From assembly GCA_964514975.1 (NCBI GenBank), contig CAZESS010000032.1:1-13247 (forward strand): 13,247 nucleotides of DNA, given 5' to 3'. This DNA comes from an uncultured Thermoplasmatales archaeon (GTDB taxonomy: Archaea > Thermoplasmatota > E2 > UBA202 > DSCA01). Below are positions 1 to 8,477 of this stretch, in pieces; within the stretch, counting starts at the first letter, position 1, and each line of letters starts with the position of its first letter. A program made the translations under genes and the position numbers. The notes beneath the pieces were generated by a model. It searched no databases. It saw nothing but the letters and a program-made list of their open reading frames with translations, and was not told the origin of the DNA.

Positions 1-70
1 GGACCGGGGTGTAAGCAGCAAGCTTCGGCGAGCTGTTAAGCCCGCGGTTACTAACCGCTCGGCAGCTCTC
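1..70 (+). rRNA. rrl: 23S rRNA, 3' terminal fragment (runs off the window start; exact 3' end uncertain)
   Basis: GGGGTGTAAG-cagc..gc-TTCG-gc..gctg-TTAAGCCC..GGTTACTAAC matches the conserved last helices of LSU rRNA (GTGTAAG...TACTAA). A 5S gene follows immediately. Confidence 0.9.
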
Positions 71-110
71 GTTAAACAGATTGCGTATGCATTCACTCTC
101 AAAGGAAGGG

Positions 111-338
111 TTTGACGGCCATAGTGCTGGGGCAACACCCGGTCCCATCCCGAACCCGGAAGTTAAGCCTGGCACGTGATTCTGAGTACTATGGTGCGCG
201 AGCCCATGGGAAACGTACCCTCGAGAGAGGGCTTGGAACCACGGTTTAGGTGGAGAGCGCTGGTCGTTGTCCCTTCGGGGACCTTCCGGCGTAAACTTCA
301 CTGCTTGAAGACCGCGGATCCTCGGCTCGCTGTCAAAT
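111..338 (+). rRNA. rrf: 5S rRNA with a ~107-nt internal insertion (about 215-321)
   Basis: Canonical 5S motifs are present: GGCCATAG, ACACCCGGTCCCATCCCGAACCCGGAAGTTAAGCC, loop E AGTAC and helix IV ATGG-TGCGCGAG-CCCATGGGAAAC. The helix I 5' strand TTTGACGGC (111-119) finds its partner GCTGTCAAA only at 329-337. Segments 111-214 plus 322-338 total about 121 nt, the normal 5S length. Confidence 0.93.
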
Positions 339-340
339 CC

Positions 341-400
341 TTCCTTTCCTTTTCCATATTTTTCGCATTTTTTCTGGATAGCGGTAGCTCCGGTTTTTTT
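341..400 (+). terminator. Oligo-T/pyrimidine-rich archaeal terminator region of the rRNA transcript
   Basis: Several T-runs (TTTCCTTTTCC, TTTTT, TTTTTT, TTTTTTT) lie directly after the 5S 3' end. Confidence 0.55.
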
Positions 401-403
401 CTG

Positions 404-420
404 CCGAAAGCGTTTTTATC
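404..420 (+). promoter_or_regulatory. BRE/TATA promoter of xth
   Basis: CCGAAAG followed by TTTTTATC, ending about 20 nt before ATG 441. Confidence 0.5.
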
Positions 421-437
421 GCCGTCCTGATTCGTGT

Positions 438-1214
438 GTGATGACCCTGAGCGTTGCGACGTGGAACGTGAACTCAATCCGGGCCAGGATGGACCTACTG
501 CTGGAATGGCTGCGAGGATACGAGCCCGACATGGTCTGCCTGCAGGAGACCAAGGTTCGGGACGAGGAGTTCCCCGTTGATGTGTTCGATGAGCTTGGAT
601 ACAACGTTGTTTTCAAGGGGCAGAAGACCTACAACGGCGTCTGCATCTTGTCAACCATGGTGTTGGAAGACGTCAAAAGAGATTTCGAGGATATCGAGGG
701 TGACGACAGGCGACTGTTGCAGGCGCGCGTCGGCGAGGTGACGGTCATCGACGGCTATTTTCCCCATGGCAGGTCGCCGGGGTCGCCGACGTTTTACGAC
801 AAGCTTGACTTCATCGAGTCGCTGCGGGAATACCTGAACGACGCCTTTGCTCCAGGCGATGCGGTCGTGCTGCTCGGTGACTTCAACGTCGCCCTTGAGG
901 CAATCGACGTCTATGATGCAGTGCTGCTGGAGGGAAGCATCGGGTTCCATCCCCAGGAGCGAGACATGCTGGAGCTCCTCCGCGAATGGGGTTTTACCGA
1001 TGCATATCGCCGGGTTCACCCCGACGTGGAGGCGTTTTCCTGGTGGGGCTACCGGGGCGGCGCATTCCGCAGCAACAGGGGCATGCGCGTCGACCACATA
1101 TGGGTGTCCGAGGCGCTCAAAAAGCGCATCGAGGACTGTGTCATCCATCGTGAGCTCCGGGCGGCGGAGCGGCCGTCTGACCATGCGCCGGTGGTAGCCA
1201 TTCTGGATGTCTGA
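438..1214 (+). CDS. xth: Exodeoxyribonuclease III / AP endonuclease (ExoIII family); start at GTG 438 or ATG 441
   Basis: Motifs TWNVNSIR, LQETK, YNGV, YFPHG, GDFNVA, FSWW.YR, R.DH and PSDHAPV. Confidence 0.95.
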   Translation: MMTLSVATWNVNSIRARMDLLLEWLRGYEPDMVCLQETKVRDEEFPVDVFDELGYNVVFKGQKTYNGVCILSTMVLEDVKRDFEDIEGDDRRLLQARVGEVTVIDGYFPHGRSPGSPTFYDKLDFIESLREYLNDAFAPGDAVVLLGDFNVALEAIDVYDAVLLEGSIGFHPQERDMLELLREWGFTDAYRRVHPDVEAFSWWGYRGGAFRSNRGMRVDHIWVSEALKKRIEDCVIHRELRAAERPSDHAPVVAILDV

Positions 1215-1233
1215 TGTCCTGCTCCGCCGAATG

Positions 1234-1241
1234 TTTATATA
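1234..1241 (+). promoter_or_regulatory. TATA box of the sensor-kinase pair
   Basis: TTTATATA ends 23 nt upstream of ATG 1265. No Shine-Dalgarno is present. Confidence 0.6.
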
Positions 1242-1264
1242 TCTGGCCGGGTTGAACACCTGTC

Positions 1265-4228
1265 ATGCCATTTGATATCACGCCCGACGAGGGGCTTTCC
1301 CGTGAGGAGCTGCTCCGGCGGCTGCATGCGTCACATGGCGATGCGCGCCAATTCCGGGATATCGTGGAACATGCACATGACGCGATTTACATCATCCATC
1401 CCCGGCAGGGGTTCCAGTATGTCAATCCGGCCTTCGAGCGGCTCACCGGCTACACCACCGCAGATGTCCGGGCAGAGGATTTCAGCTTCTGGGATATCAT
1501 CCATCCCGACGACGTTGACATGATACGGCAGCGCGGCAGGTCCCGGAAACATGGGGAGAAGGTGCCCGGCCGCTACGAGTTCCGTATCCTGGCCAGCGAT
1601 GGCGATGTTCGGACGGTCGAGGCAACCACGATGTCTTTCGATACGGGGAGTGATGGCCGGGTCGCCGGTATTTTACGGGACATCTCCGACCGGGTGGAGA
1701 TGGAACATGCGCTGCAGGAAAGCAAAAACCTGTTCAAGGAGCTGACGGAATCCGCGACCGCGGCGGTCTTCATCTATCAGGATGACGTGTTCAAATATGT
1801 CAACCCGGCCATGCAAAGTGTCACAGGCTACCCGGAGGACAGGTTGCTGGGCATGCCTTTTTTGGATGTCGTTTATCCCGAGGACAGGGACATGGTCTGG
1901 GAGCATGCCCGGAAGCGGCTGCAGGGCACGTCCGACCAGCCGGGCCGGTATGAGGTGCGGATAGTCACCCGTGACGGTGCCACGCGGTGGGTAGACCTGG
2001 CGGTCACCATTATCACATATGAGGGGCGTCCGGCGGGGCTGGGTAACGCCATCGACATCACGGACCGCAAGCAAACGGAGCGGGCGCTCCGTGAGAGCGA
2101 GGAAACGTTCAGGCATCTTGCCGAGCGCAGCCTGGACGGCATTTTTTCCTTTGACAGGCGCGGTCAGCTGACCTATGCGTCACCGGCCGTGCGCCACATC
2201 GCCGGCTACGAGCCAGAGGAGGTCGAGGGCACCTTTTTTGGACGCTACATCCTGATGCGCGATCTGCCGAAAACGCTCAGGACGTTCGCCCGGCTGCGTA
2301 TGGGAAAGCCCGTCGAGGCGGTCCAGTTCAGGATTAAGCGCAAGGACGGCGAGATACGGACGGTCGAGGTCAACGCCGTCCCGGTAATGGAGGAGGGCAG
2401 GGTCACCGGTGCCCAGGGCAACATACGCGACATCACAGAAACCACGGAGACACGGCAGCGGCTCCGTGAGAGCGAGGAACGATATGCGACGCTTTTCGAG
2501 CAGTCGAACGATGCAATCATGATCCTCGATCTGACCGGCAAGATTGTTGATGTCAACGAGCGATATGAGACCATTTTCAGCCGGATGGAGGAGGACATCG
2601 TCGGCAGACGGTTCAGCGACCTTGGTATAGACTACAGTCTGAGCACGAAGGATATTTTCCAAAAGATTGAGACGCTCATCATGAGGCGGGAGCTCGATGA
2701 CTTCGAAATAACGGTGCATGACCGGGTGACTGATGAAACGTTCACTGTCAATGTGAAAGCAAACCTGATCAAGCTTCCCGAGGGCAGGTTCATCCAGGTC
2801 GTCATCCGTGACGTCACCGACCGGAAACGGGCGGAGCGGGAGCTCAGGTATCAGCGCAAATATTTTGAGGCATTGTTCAATGATTCCCCAGAGGCCATCG
2901 CCTCGCTCGACGTGCATCATTATGTCATCACCGTGAACCGGGCGTTCGAGGAGCTCTTCGGCTACACCGCCGGGGAGCTGCAGGGGAAAAACCTTGACGA
3001 CGTCATTGTTCCTGAGCATCTGCGGGAAGAGGGGCGGAATATGTCTGAACGGGTTGAGCGGGGTGAGATTGTCAGGCGGGAGTCGGTCCGTCGCTCCAAA
3101 ACAGGCGAGATGATGCCGGTCTCGATTCTTGGGGCTCCGGTCGTCATCGACGACAGACAGGATGGCATCTTCGGCATCTATAGGGACATCTCGGCCAGGG
3201 TGACCGCGGAGCGGGCGTTGCGGGAGAGCGAGGAACAATATCGTGAGATGGTGGAAAACATCAACGACGTGCTCTACACGACCGACATGGAGGGCACGAT
3301 TACCTATATTTCGCCGGTGATAGAGCAGCTAAGCGGTTTCGTTTCGGAGGAGGTCATCGGGAACGTGTTCACGGATTTTATCCACGAAGATGATGTTCCC
3401 CGTGTCCAGGACCGTTTCAAGCAGATTATATCGGGTGACCGTGACGGCCGTCCATCCCCGGATGAATATCGCATTATTTTAAAATCCGGCGATGTCAAAT
3501 GGATACGTACCTCGAGCCGGCCGATATATGAGGGTGGAGACATGGTGGGGTTGCGCGGCGTGATGACCGACGTCACCGACCGGAAGCAGGCCGAGCAAAA
3601 AATAGCTGAGCTCAACGACACGCTCCGTCTCATCAACAAGATCATGCGCCATGACATTCTCAACGACCTCCAGATCGCCCGGAGCTCGCTCGAGCTGTAT
3701 GACGAGGAGGCCGAGCCTCCTCTCTATGAAAAGGCCATACGCCGGATGCATCATGCAGTGGAGCTCATCAACCGGATGCGGGGGCTTGAGTCACTCGTTG
3801 CCTCGGGGGAAGAGCTCCGCCCGGTCGACCTGCGCGAGGTCGCCAAGGACATCGCCGCTGACTGCACCGTAAAGTGCAGGGTTGCTGGCGACGCCGTGGT
3901 CATGGCCGACGACGCCGTGCATTCGGTGCTCCAGAACCTGGTGCACAACGCCGTGGTGCATGGCAGGGCCGACGAGGTAGATATTTCGTTGCGCTGTGAT
4001 GACGCCACATGCGAGATACGGGTGGCCGACGACGGCGTGGGTATCCCGGATAGCCTTAAGGACAGGGTGTTTGAGGAGGGCTACAGTCATGGTGACACCG
4101 GGGGCACAGGCCTGGGCTTGTACATCGTGAAGCAGACAGTTGAGCGCTATGGTGGCTCCGTCGCCGTCGAGGATAACGAGTCCCGTGGCACCGCTTTTGT
4201 GCTCCGTCTTCGGCGGGTGGAACGATGA
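1265..4228 (+). CDS. Cytoplasmic multi-PAS (six PAS/PAC) sensor histidine kinase
   Basis: Six repeats end in D(I/V)(T/S)xR-type motifs with ALRESEE-type linkers. H-box IMRHDILNDLQ, N-box QNLVHNAVVHG, G1 DDGVGI, F-box VFEEG and G2 GTGLGL are all present. No hydrophobic TM stretch is seen. Confidence 0.93.
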   Translation: MPFDITPDEGLSREELLRRLHASHGDARQFRDIVEHAHDAIYIIHPRQGFQYVNPAFERLTGYTTADVRAEDFSFWDIIHPDDVDMIRQRGRSRKHGEKVPGRYEFRILASDGDVRTVEATTMSFDTGSDGRVAGILRDISDRVEMEHALQESKNLFKELTESATAAVFIYQDDVFKYVNPAMQSVTGYPEDRLLGMPFLDVVYPEDRDMVWEHARKRLQGTSDQPGRYEVRIVTRDGATRWVDLAVTIITYEGRPAGLGNAIDITDRKQTERALRESEETFRHLAERSLDGIFSFDRRGQLTYASPAVRHIAGYEPEEVEGTFFGRYILMRDLPKTLRTFARLRMGKPVEAVQFRIKRKDGEIRTVEVNAVPVMEEGRVTGAQGNIRDITETTETRQRLRESEERYATLFEQSNDAIMILDLTGKIVDVNERYETIFSRMEEDIVGRRFSDLGIDYSLSTKDIFQKIETLIMRRELDDFEITVHDRVTDETFTVNVKANLIKLPEGRFIQVVIRDVTDRKRAERELRYQRKYFEALFNDSPEAIASLDVHHYVITVNRAFEELFGYTAGELQGKNLDDVIVPEHLREEGRNMSERVERGEIVRRESVRRSKTGEMMPVSILGAPVVIDDRQDGIFGIYRDISARVTAERALRESEEQYREMVENINDVLYTTDMEGTITYISPVIEQLSGFVSEEVIGNVFTDFIHEDDVPRVQDRFKQIISGDRDGRPSPDEYRIILKSGDVKWIRTSSRPIYEGGDMVGLRGVMTDVTDRKQAEQKIAELNDTLRLINKIMRHDILNDLQIARSSLELYDEEAEPPLYEKAIRRMHHAVELINRMRGLESLVASGEELRPVDLREVAKDIAADCTVKCRVAGDAVVMADDAVHSVLQNLVHNAVVHGRADEVDISLRCDDATCEIRVADDGVGIPDSLKDRVFEEGYSHGDTGGTGLGLYIVKQTVERYGGSVAVEDNESRGTAFVLRLRRVER

Positions 4229-5451
4229 ACATGCGGGACAGCGCCGTCGGCATTGCGATGTGGCAGCGGCTGGTCGAGCCATCGTTGTCGGTAGGGGACG
4301 AGGAACGGCGCCGCCGGCTGCGGCTGCTTGCCTCGCTGCTGCTTTCGCTTGTTGTGCTGCTGGTCGTGGTGCTGGTTGTTGCAGTGGCTGCCGACCTGGA
4401 TGAGCCGCTGTTGTCCGTGGAGACGATGTATCTCGGCGTGGGCGCTCTCGTTGCGCTGACTGCTGCTTATCTTCTGACGAGGCGGGGGCTGTACACCGCC
4501 GGTGCGATGGTTACCCTGGGGACGCTTTCGCTGGCGGTGTTCGGGACGGCCATTGTGGTCATGTCAGGCTGGACGGCGCGGTATGATCCTGGTGATGTCA
4601 ACCTGCTCGTGTTCCTGATTTTTCCATTGCTTTTTTCGGGTATGCTGCTGTCGCTCCGGGGAACGCTCATGTTTGCAGTTGCCAACGCCGTCGGCATGCT
4701 GGCGCTCCCGCTGGGCTTTTCCCATGTTTCCGTCGTCGACGTCGCCGGCGGACCGCTGCTGCTGTATGTCGTGGTGTCGCTGCTCATGGTGTGGACGCGG
4801 CATCATCGCGACCGGCTTGAGGAGATACGGCGGTCACGGCTCGCGGAGAGCGAGGAACGGTATCGCTCCATCGTCGAGCATGCACATGCCGGCGTCCTGG
4901 TCGTCGGCAGCGAATACCGGATATCTTTTGTGAACGACCGGCTCTGTGAAATACTCGGCTACCCCCGTGAGGAGCTCCTCGGAGCGGATTTCAGGCAGTT
5001 TCTGGACGAGGAAAGCAGGGACATGGTCGTCGAGCGCTACCGGTGGCGGCAGCGGGGCAAGGGTGTGCCGTCACGGTACGAGTTCGCCGTGGTCCGCAAA
5101 AACGGGGAGAAACGATGGGCTGAGATCAGCTCCACCGTCATCCGGGACTCTGAGGGGCAGACAAAAACGATGGCGCAGGTGCTGGACATCACCGAGCGAA
5201 AGCAGGCCGAGCGCGGGCGGGAGCAGGCCATGGCTGAAATGCATCGTGCCCTAGAGCTCGAAAAGCGGTTCAAAGCCGATGCCGCGCATTTTTTCCTCAA
5301 CCCGATCGCCATCGCCAAGGGCTACATGGAGATAGCCATGGAAGAGATGTCTGAGGGCTGCCGGGAAAAAATCATGTCCTCGCGCAACGCCGTCACGCGT
5401 GTCGAAAGCGTCATCAAAAACATCGTCGAACGAGGCGAGATACGGGAATGA
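4225..5451 (+). CDS. Membrane sensor: about 6 TM helices, one PAS domain and a HisKA-like dimerization/phosphoacceptor domain, without a HATPase domain
   Basis: The N-terminal ~190 aa are hydrophobic. The PAS domain runs from YRSIVEHAHAG through FVNDRLCEILGY to DITERK. The H-box-like DAAHFFLNPIAIAKGY is followed by one more helix and the stop. The start overlaps the upstream kinase stop (ATGA). Confidence 0.85.
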   Translation: MNMRDSAVGIAMWQRLVEPSLSVGDEERRRRLRLLASLLLSLVVLLVVVLVVAVAADLDEPLLSVETMYLGVGALVALTAAYLLTRRGLYTAGAMVTLGTLSLAVFGTAIVVMSGWTARYDPGDVNLLVFLIFPLLFSGMLLSLRGTLMFAVANAVGMLALPLGFSHVSVVDVAGGPLLLYVVVSLLMVWTRHHRDRLEEIRRSRLAESEERYRSIVEHAHAGVLVVGSEYRISFVNDRLCEILGYPREELLGADFRQFLDEESRDMVVERYRWRQRGKGVPSRYEFAVVRKNGEKRWAEISSTVIRDSEGQTKTMAQVLDITERKQAERGREQAMAEMHRALELEKRFKADAAHFFLNPIAIAKGYMEIAMEEMSEGCREKIMSSRNAVTRVESVIKNIVERGEIRE

Positions 5452-5501
5452 TACTGCTGGATGGCGATACATACATATAACCACGTGATGTTTAACGGGC
5501 G

Positions 5502-5822
5502 ATGAGTGGACCGCGTGAGGAGACAGTCCGCGACGTCAGGTTGCCTGACCAGGACGAGGGTGAACTGTTTGCCGTAGCGGAGCAGCGGATGGGCGCCGGA
5601 CGGATAACGATTATCTGCGAGGATGCCATCGCCCGCATGGGTCGCATACGCGGCAAGATGAAACGCCGCGCCTGGATTCGCAGCGGCGACCTGCTCATCG
5701 TCCGGCCATGGGAGTTCCAGAACGAAAAAGCGGACATTCTGTACCGGTATTCGCCGACCGAAACCTCGCATCTGGCTCGCCAGCACAGGATACCGGAAAA
5801 CATAGATGTGTTTGAATCATGA
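5502..5822 (+). CDS. eif1a: Translation initiation factor aIF-1A
   Basis: VRLP..GE...MG..R..I.CED...R.GRIRGKMKRRAWIRSGDL.IV.PWEFQ..KADI.YRY is the aIF-1A signature. It is the first gene of the conserved aIF1A-RIO1-KH cluster. Confidence 0.95.
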   Translation: MSGPREETVRDVRLPDQDEGELFAVAEQRMGAGRITIICEDAIARMGRIRGKMKRRAWIRSGDLLIVRPWEFQNEKADILYRYSPTETSHLARQHRIPENIDVFES

Positions 5823-6538
5823 AATGGAGCACCGAGTCTGAGGATCTTTTATCCGGGAAAACGGAGGGAGAGGTATTCGAAAAAGCGACCTATGAGGCGC
5901 TGTACAAGCTCATGTCCCAGGGGGCCATCGAGGTCTTCGATTTTCCCATTTCGACGGGTAAGGAGGGCAACGTGTTCCGCGCCCGAAACCGGGATGGATA
6001 TGTGGCGGTCAAGATATATCGCCTCAGCACGTCCACGTTCCGCAACATTTCCAAGTATCTTGAGTACGACCGGCTTTCATCGGTGAAAAAAAACAGGCGG
6101 AGCGCCATCTTCGCCTGGGCCAACAAGGAGTTCCGCAACCTCGAGAGGCTCTGCGAGGCCGGCGTCCGCGTGCCAGAGCCGGTGGCGCACCAGGGAAACG
6201 TCATCGTGATGGAATACATCGGCAGCGCGGAGCGGCCGGCGCCGATGCTCAAGGACGCCGAGCTGGAAGCACCGGAGGAAACGTTCGATGCAATCGTGGC
6301 AGACATGTCGCGGATGTATCACACCGGCGGGCTTGTGCACGCCGACCTGTCGGAGTACAACGTGCTCTTTCATGAGGGGCCGGTCATCATCGACGTGGGG
6401 CAGATGGTGAAACGCGAGCATCCCATGGCCCGGTCGTTCCTGGAACACGACGTCGACATCCTGTCTCATTTTTTCAGCCGTTTTTTCTCGCTTGACCGAG
6501 ACGAAATGTTACAAGCTATTGTGGAGGAATCTGTATGA
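5819..6538 (+). CDS. rio1: RIO1 family serine/threonine kinase
   Basis: Motifs ISTGKEGNVF, VAVKIYR, WANKEFRNL, MEYIG, LVHADLSEYN and IIDVGQ. ATGA overlap with aIF-1A. Confidence 0.95.
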   Translation: MKWSTESEDLLSGKTEGEVFEKATYEALYKLMSQGAIEVFDFPISTGKEGNVFRARNRDGYVAVKIYRLSTSTFRNISKYLEYDRLSSVKKNRRSAIFAWANKEFRNLERLCEAGVRVPEPVAHQGNVIVMEYIGSAERPAPMLKDAELEAPEETFDAIVADMSRMYHTGGLVHADLSEYNVLFHEGPVIIDVGQMVKREHPMARSFLEHDVDILSHFFSRFFSLDRDEMLQAIVEESV

Positions 6539-7065
6539 AATATGTGAAAATACCGCGTGACCGGATTGCCGTGTTGGTCGGCAATGACGGGGAAACAAAG
6601 GAGGCAATAGAGACACATGACGTGATGCTGGACGTTGACTCTGAGACAGGGGAGGTGGCCATCCGGAGCGACGATGCCGTCGTGGAGCTCGACGCGCAAA
6701 GCGTCGTCCGGGCCATCGGCCGAGGGTTTTCGCCCGAGCATGCACTCCATCTTTTCGAGGATGACTACTATTTCGAGCTGCTGGACATGCGCGACTACGT
6801 GGGCAAGAAAAGCAAGGACGTGCACCGCATTGCCGGGCGTGTCATCGGCAAAAACGGTCGCTCCCGCCGTGTCATCGAGGACCTTGCGGGAGTGTATCTC
6901 TCTGTGTATGGTACCACGGTGGGGCTCATCGGACAGCCCCGCGGCCTCGACGTCGCCCTTGAGGCAGTGCGCATGCTGCTCAACGGTGCGGATCATTCAA
7001 CCGTGTTTCATTTTCTGGAGAAGGAAAAAAAGCGGATGAAGCTCGAGGAGTTCGGGTTGCGCTAG
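6535..7065 (+). CDS. KH-domain pre-rRNA processing protein (Dim2/Pno1/Krr1-like)
   Basis: IPRDRIAVLVG..GETK, AIGRGFSPE.A, GRVIGKNG..R..IE and ML.NGA.H..V. It has the conserved position after rio1, with an ATGA overlap. Confidence 0.9.
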   Translation: MKYVKIPRDRIAVLVGNDGETKEAIETHDVMLDVDSETGEVAIRSDDAVVELDAQSVVRAIGRGFSPEHALHLFEDDYYFELLDMRDYVGKKSKDVHRIAGRVIGKNGRSRRVIEDLAGVYLSVYGTTVGLIGQPRGLDVALEAVRMLLNGADHSTVFHFLEKEKKRMKLEEFGLR

Positions 7066-7069
7066 CCGG

Positions 7070-8392
7070 CTAGCTGAACTTGAGCTGTTTCATCAGGCGG
7101 CGCTGCGCCTTCCTGCTTGACAGCCCCTTCATCAGTTTTTTGGACTTGCGGTAGTAGCGGAGCAGTTCTTTGACCTCGCGGGCTTCGACGCCGGCGCCGC
7201 GCGCGATGCGGTTGACCCGGGATGACTTGATGAGTCGGGGGTTTTCCATCTCCTGCTCGGTCATGGAGTCCATCAGCACCCGGAAGACTTCGAGTTTTTC
7301 CTCGGTCTCGTGCATGTCGGCGCCGCGCATTCGCTGTCCGAGCCCGCCGGGGAGCATGTCAGCCAGCTTTTGGAGGGAGCCCATCCCGGAGACCATTTCC
7401 ATCTGCTCGTACATGTCCTTGAGCGTGAACTTGCCCGACATGATCTGCTGCGCGCTCTTCTCCAGCTTGTCCTTGCCCTTTTCCCGGGCGACCTCCTCGG
7501 CTTTTTCGAGCAGGCTTTCGATGTCGCCCATGCCGAGCAGGCGGGAGAGAAAGCGCGTGGAGTCGAACTTTTCGAGGTCCTCGAGATGTTCGCCGGTTCC
7601 CACGTAGAGAATGGGGGCCTCGGTTTCTGACACCGCCGAGAGAGCGCCGCCGCCCTTTGCGGTGCCGTCCATCTTGGTGAGGATGACGCCGGTGACGCCG
7701 ATGGCGTCGTTGAAAGCCTTGGCCTGGGGGCCGGCCTGCTGCCCGGTGGAGCCATCCATGATGAGGATTTTTTCGTCCGGGTCTGCCACTTTAAAGATGC
7801 GTTTCATTTCGTCGATGAGGTCCTGCTCGAGGCTGTGCCGCCCGGAGGTGTCGACGATGACAACGTCATGTTTTTTGAACGTCTCCATCCCCTTTTTGAC
7901 GACCTCGACCGCGTCGTCGCCACCGCCGTAGACGGGGACGTTGATGCGGTCGCCGATCTGTTTGAGCTGGTCATATGCCGCTGGTCGGTGCACGTCGCCG
8001 GCGATGAGCGCCGGGCGGAGCCCCTTCCGCTGGAAATAGTTGGCGAGCTTGCCGCAGGTCGTGGTCTTGCCCTGGCCGTACAGGCCGACCATCATGATGG
8101 TCTGCTTTTTGAGCGGCAGCTCCCGCCCGCGGCCGAGCAGCCCGGAGAGCTCGTCGTGGACGATGCGGATGACGTGCTCGCGGTTGCTCATCCCGGGCAG
8201 GGGTTTTTCCTCCAGGGCTCGTTGCTCGATGCGCTTCGATAGCTGCAATACGAGCTCGACGTTGACGTCGGCCTGGAGGAGCGCCCGCTGTATGTCTTTG
8301 ACGACTTCTTTTATGAGCGAGGTGTCGATGTGCCGGGCGTTGGCGATTTTTTTGATGGTGCCCCGCAGGGAGTCTCCCAATCCGTCGAGCAT
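7070..8392 (-). CDS. srp54: Signal recognition particle 54 kDa protein
   Basis: ALLQADVN, G1 GLYGQGKTTT, DVHRPAA, DTSGRH, TKMDGTAKGGGALS, GTGE, LGMGD, and a Met-rich M domain with SR..RIARGAG. Confidence 0.97.
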   Translation of the reverse strand: MLDGLGDSLRGTIKKIANARHIDTSLIKEVVKDIQRALLQADVNVELVLQLSKRIEQRALEEKPLPGMSNREHVIRIVHDELSGLLGRGRELPLKKQTIMMVGLYGQGKTTTCGKLANYFQRKGLRPALIAGDVHRPAAYDQLKQIGDRINVPVYGGGDDAVEVVKKGMETFKKHDVVIVDTSGRHSLEQDLIDEMKRIFKVADPDEKILIMDGSTGQQAGPQAKAFNDAIGVTGVILTKMDGTAKGGGALSAVSETEAPILYVGTGEHLEDLEKFDSTRFLSRLLGMGDIESLLEKAEEVAREKGKDKLEKSAQQIMSGKFTLKDMYEQMEMVSGMGSLQKLADMLPGGLGQRMRGADMHETEEKLEVFRVLMDSMTEQEMENPRLIKSSRVNRIARGAGVEAREVKELLRYYRKSKKLMKGLSSRKAQRRLMKQLKFS

Positions 8393-8413
8393 TGCCGGAA
8401 CAACATCCCGGGG

Positions 8414-8421
8414 TTATATAA
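8414..8421 (-). promoter_or_regulatory. TATA box of srp54
   Basis: TTATATAA lies about 21 nt upstream of ATG 8392 on the minus strand. Confidence 0.55.
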
Positions 8422-8477
8422 TCGTTGTCCTCTCCCGGCTCCTGTTTTAAAAAGAATGCCCACGTGGGTTAATGCTT

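Noticed and set aside
215-321. 5S insertion as a bulge-helix-bulge intron, MITE or embedded tRNA
   Set aside because: I could not find a convincing BHB motif at the junctions, terminal inverted repeats with a target duplication, or a cloverleaf with a TTC loop. An expansion segment is the simpler reading, though excision is not excluded without RNA data.
176-430. 84-aa ORF in the track
   Set aside because: It overlaps the 5S rRNA, its insertion and the T-rich terminator, and has no protein-like features.
2180-3238. 352-aa minus-strand ORF and other ORFs nested in the kinase genes
   Set aside because: These are antisense or alternate-frame shadows of a GC-rich gene with clear domain motifs on the plus strand.
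1350-3600. Recurring nucleotide motifs such as GAGAGCGAGGAA and GACGTCACCGACCGGAA
   Set aside because: They are explained by repeated PAS-PAC linker peptides (RESEE, DVTDRK), not by independent DNA repeats.
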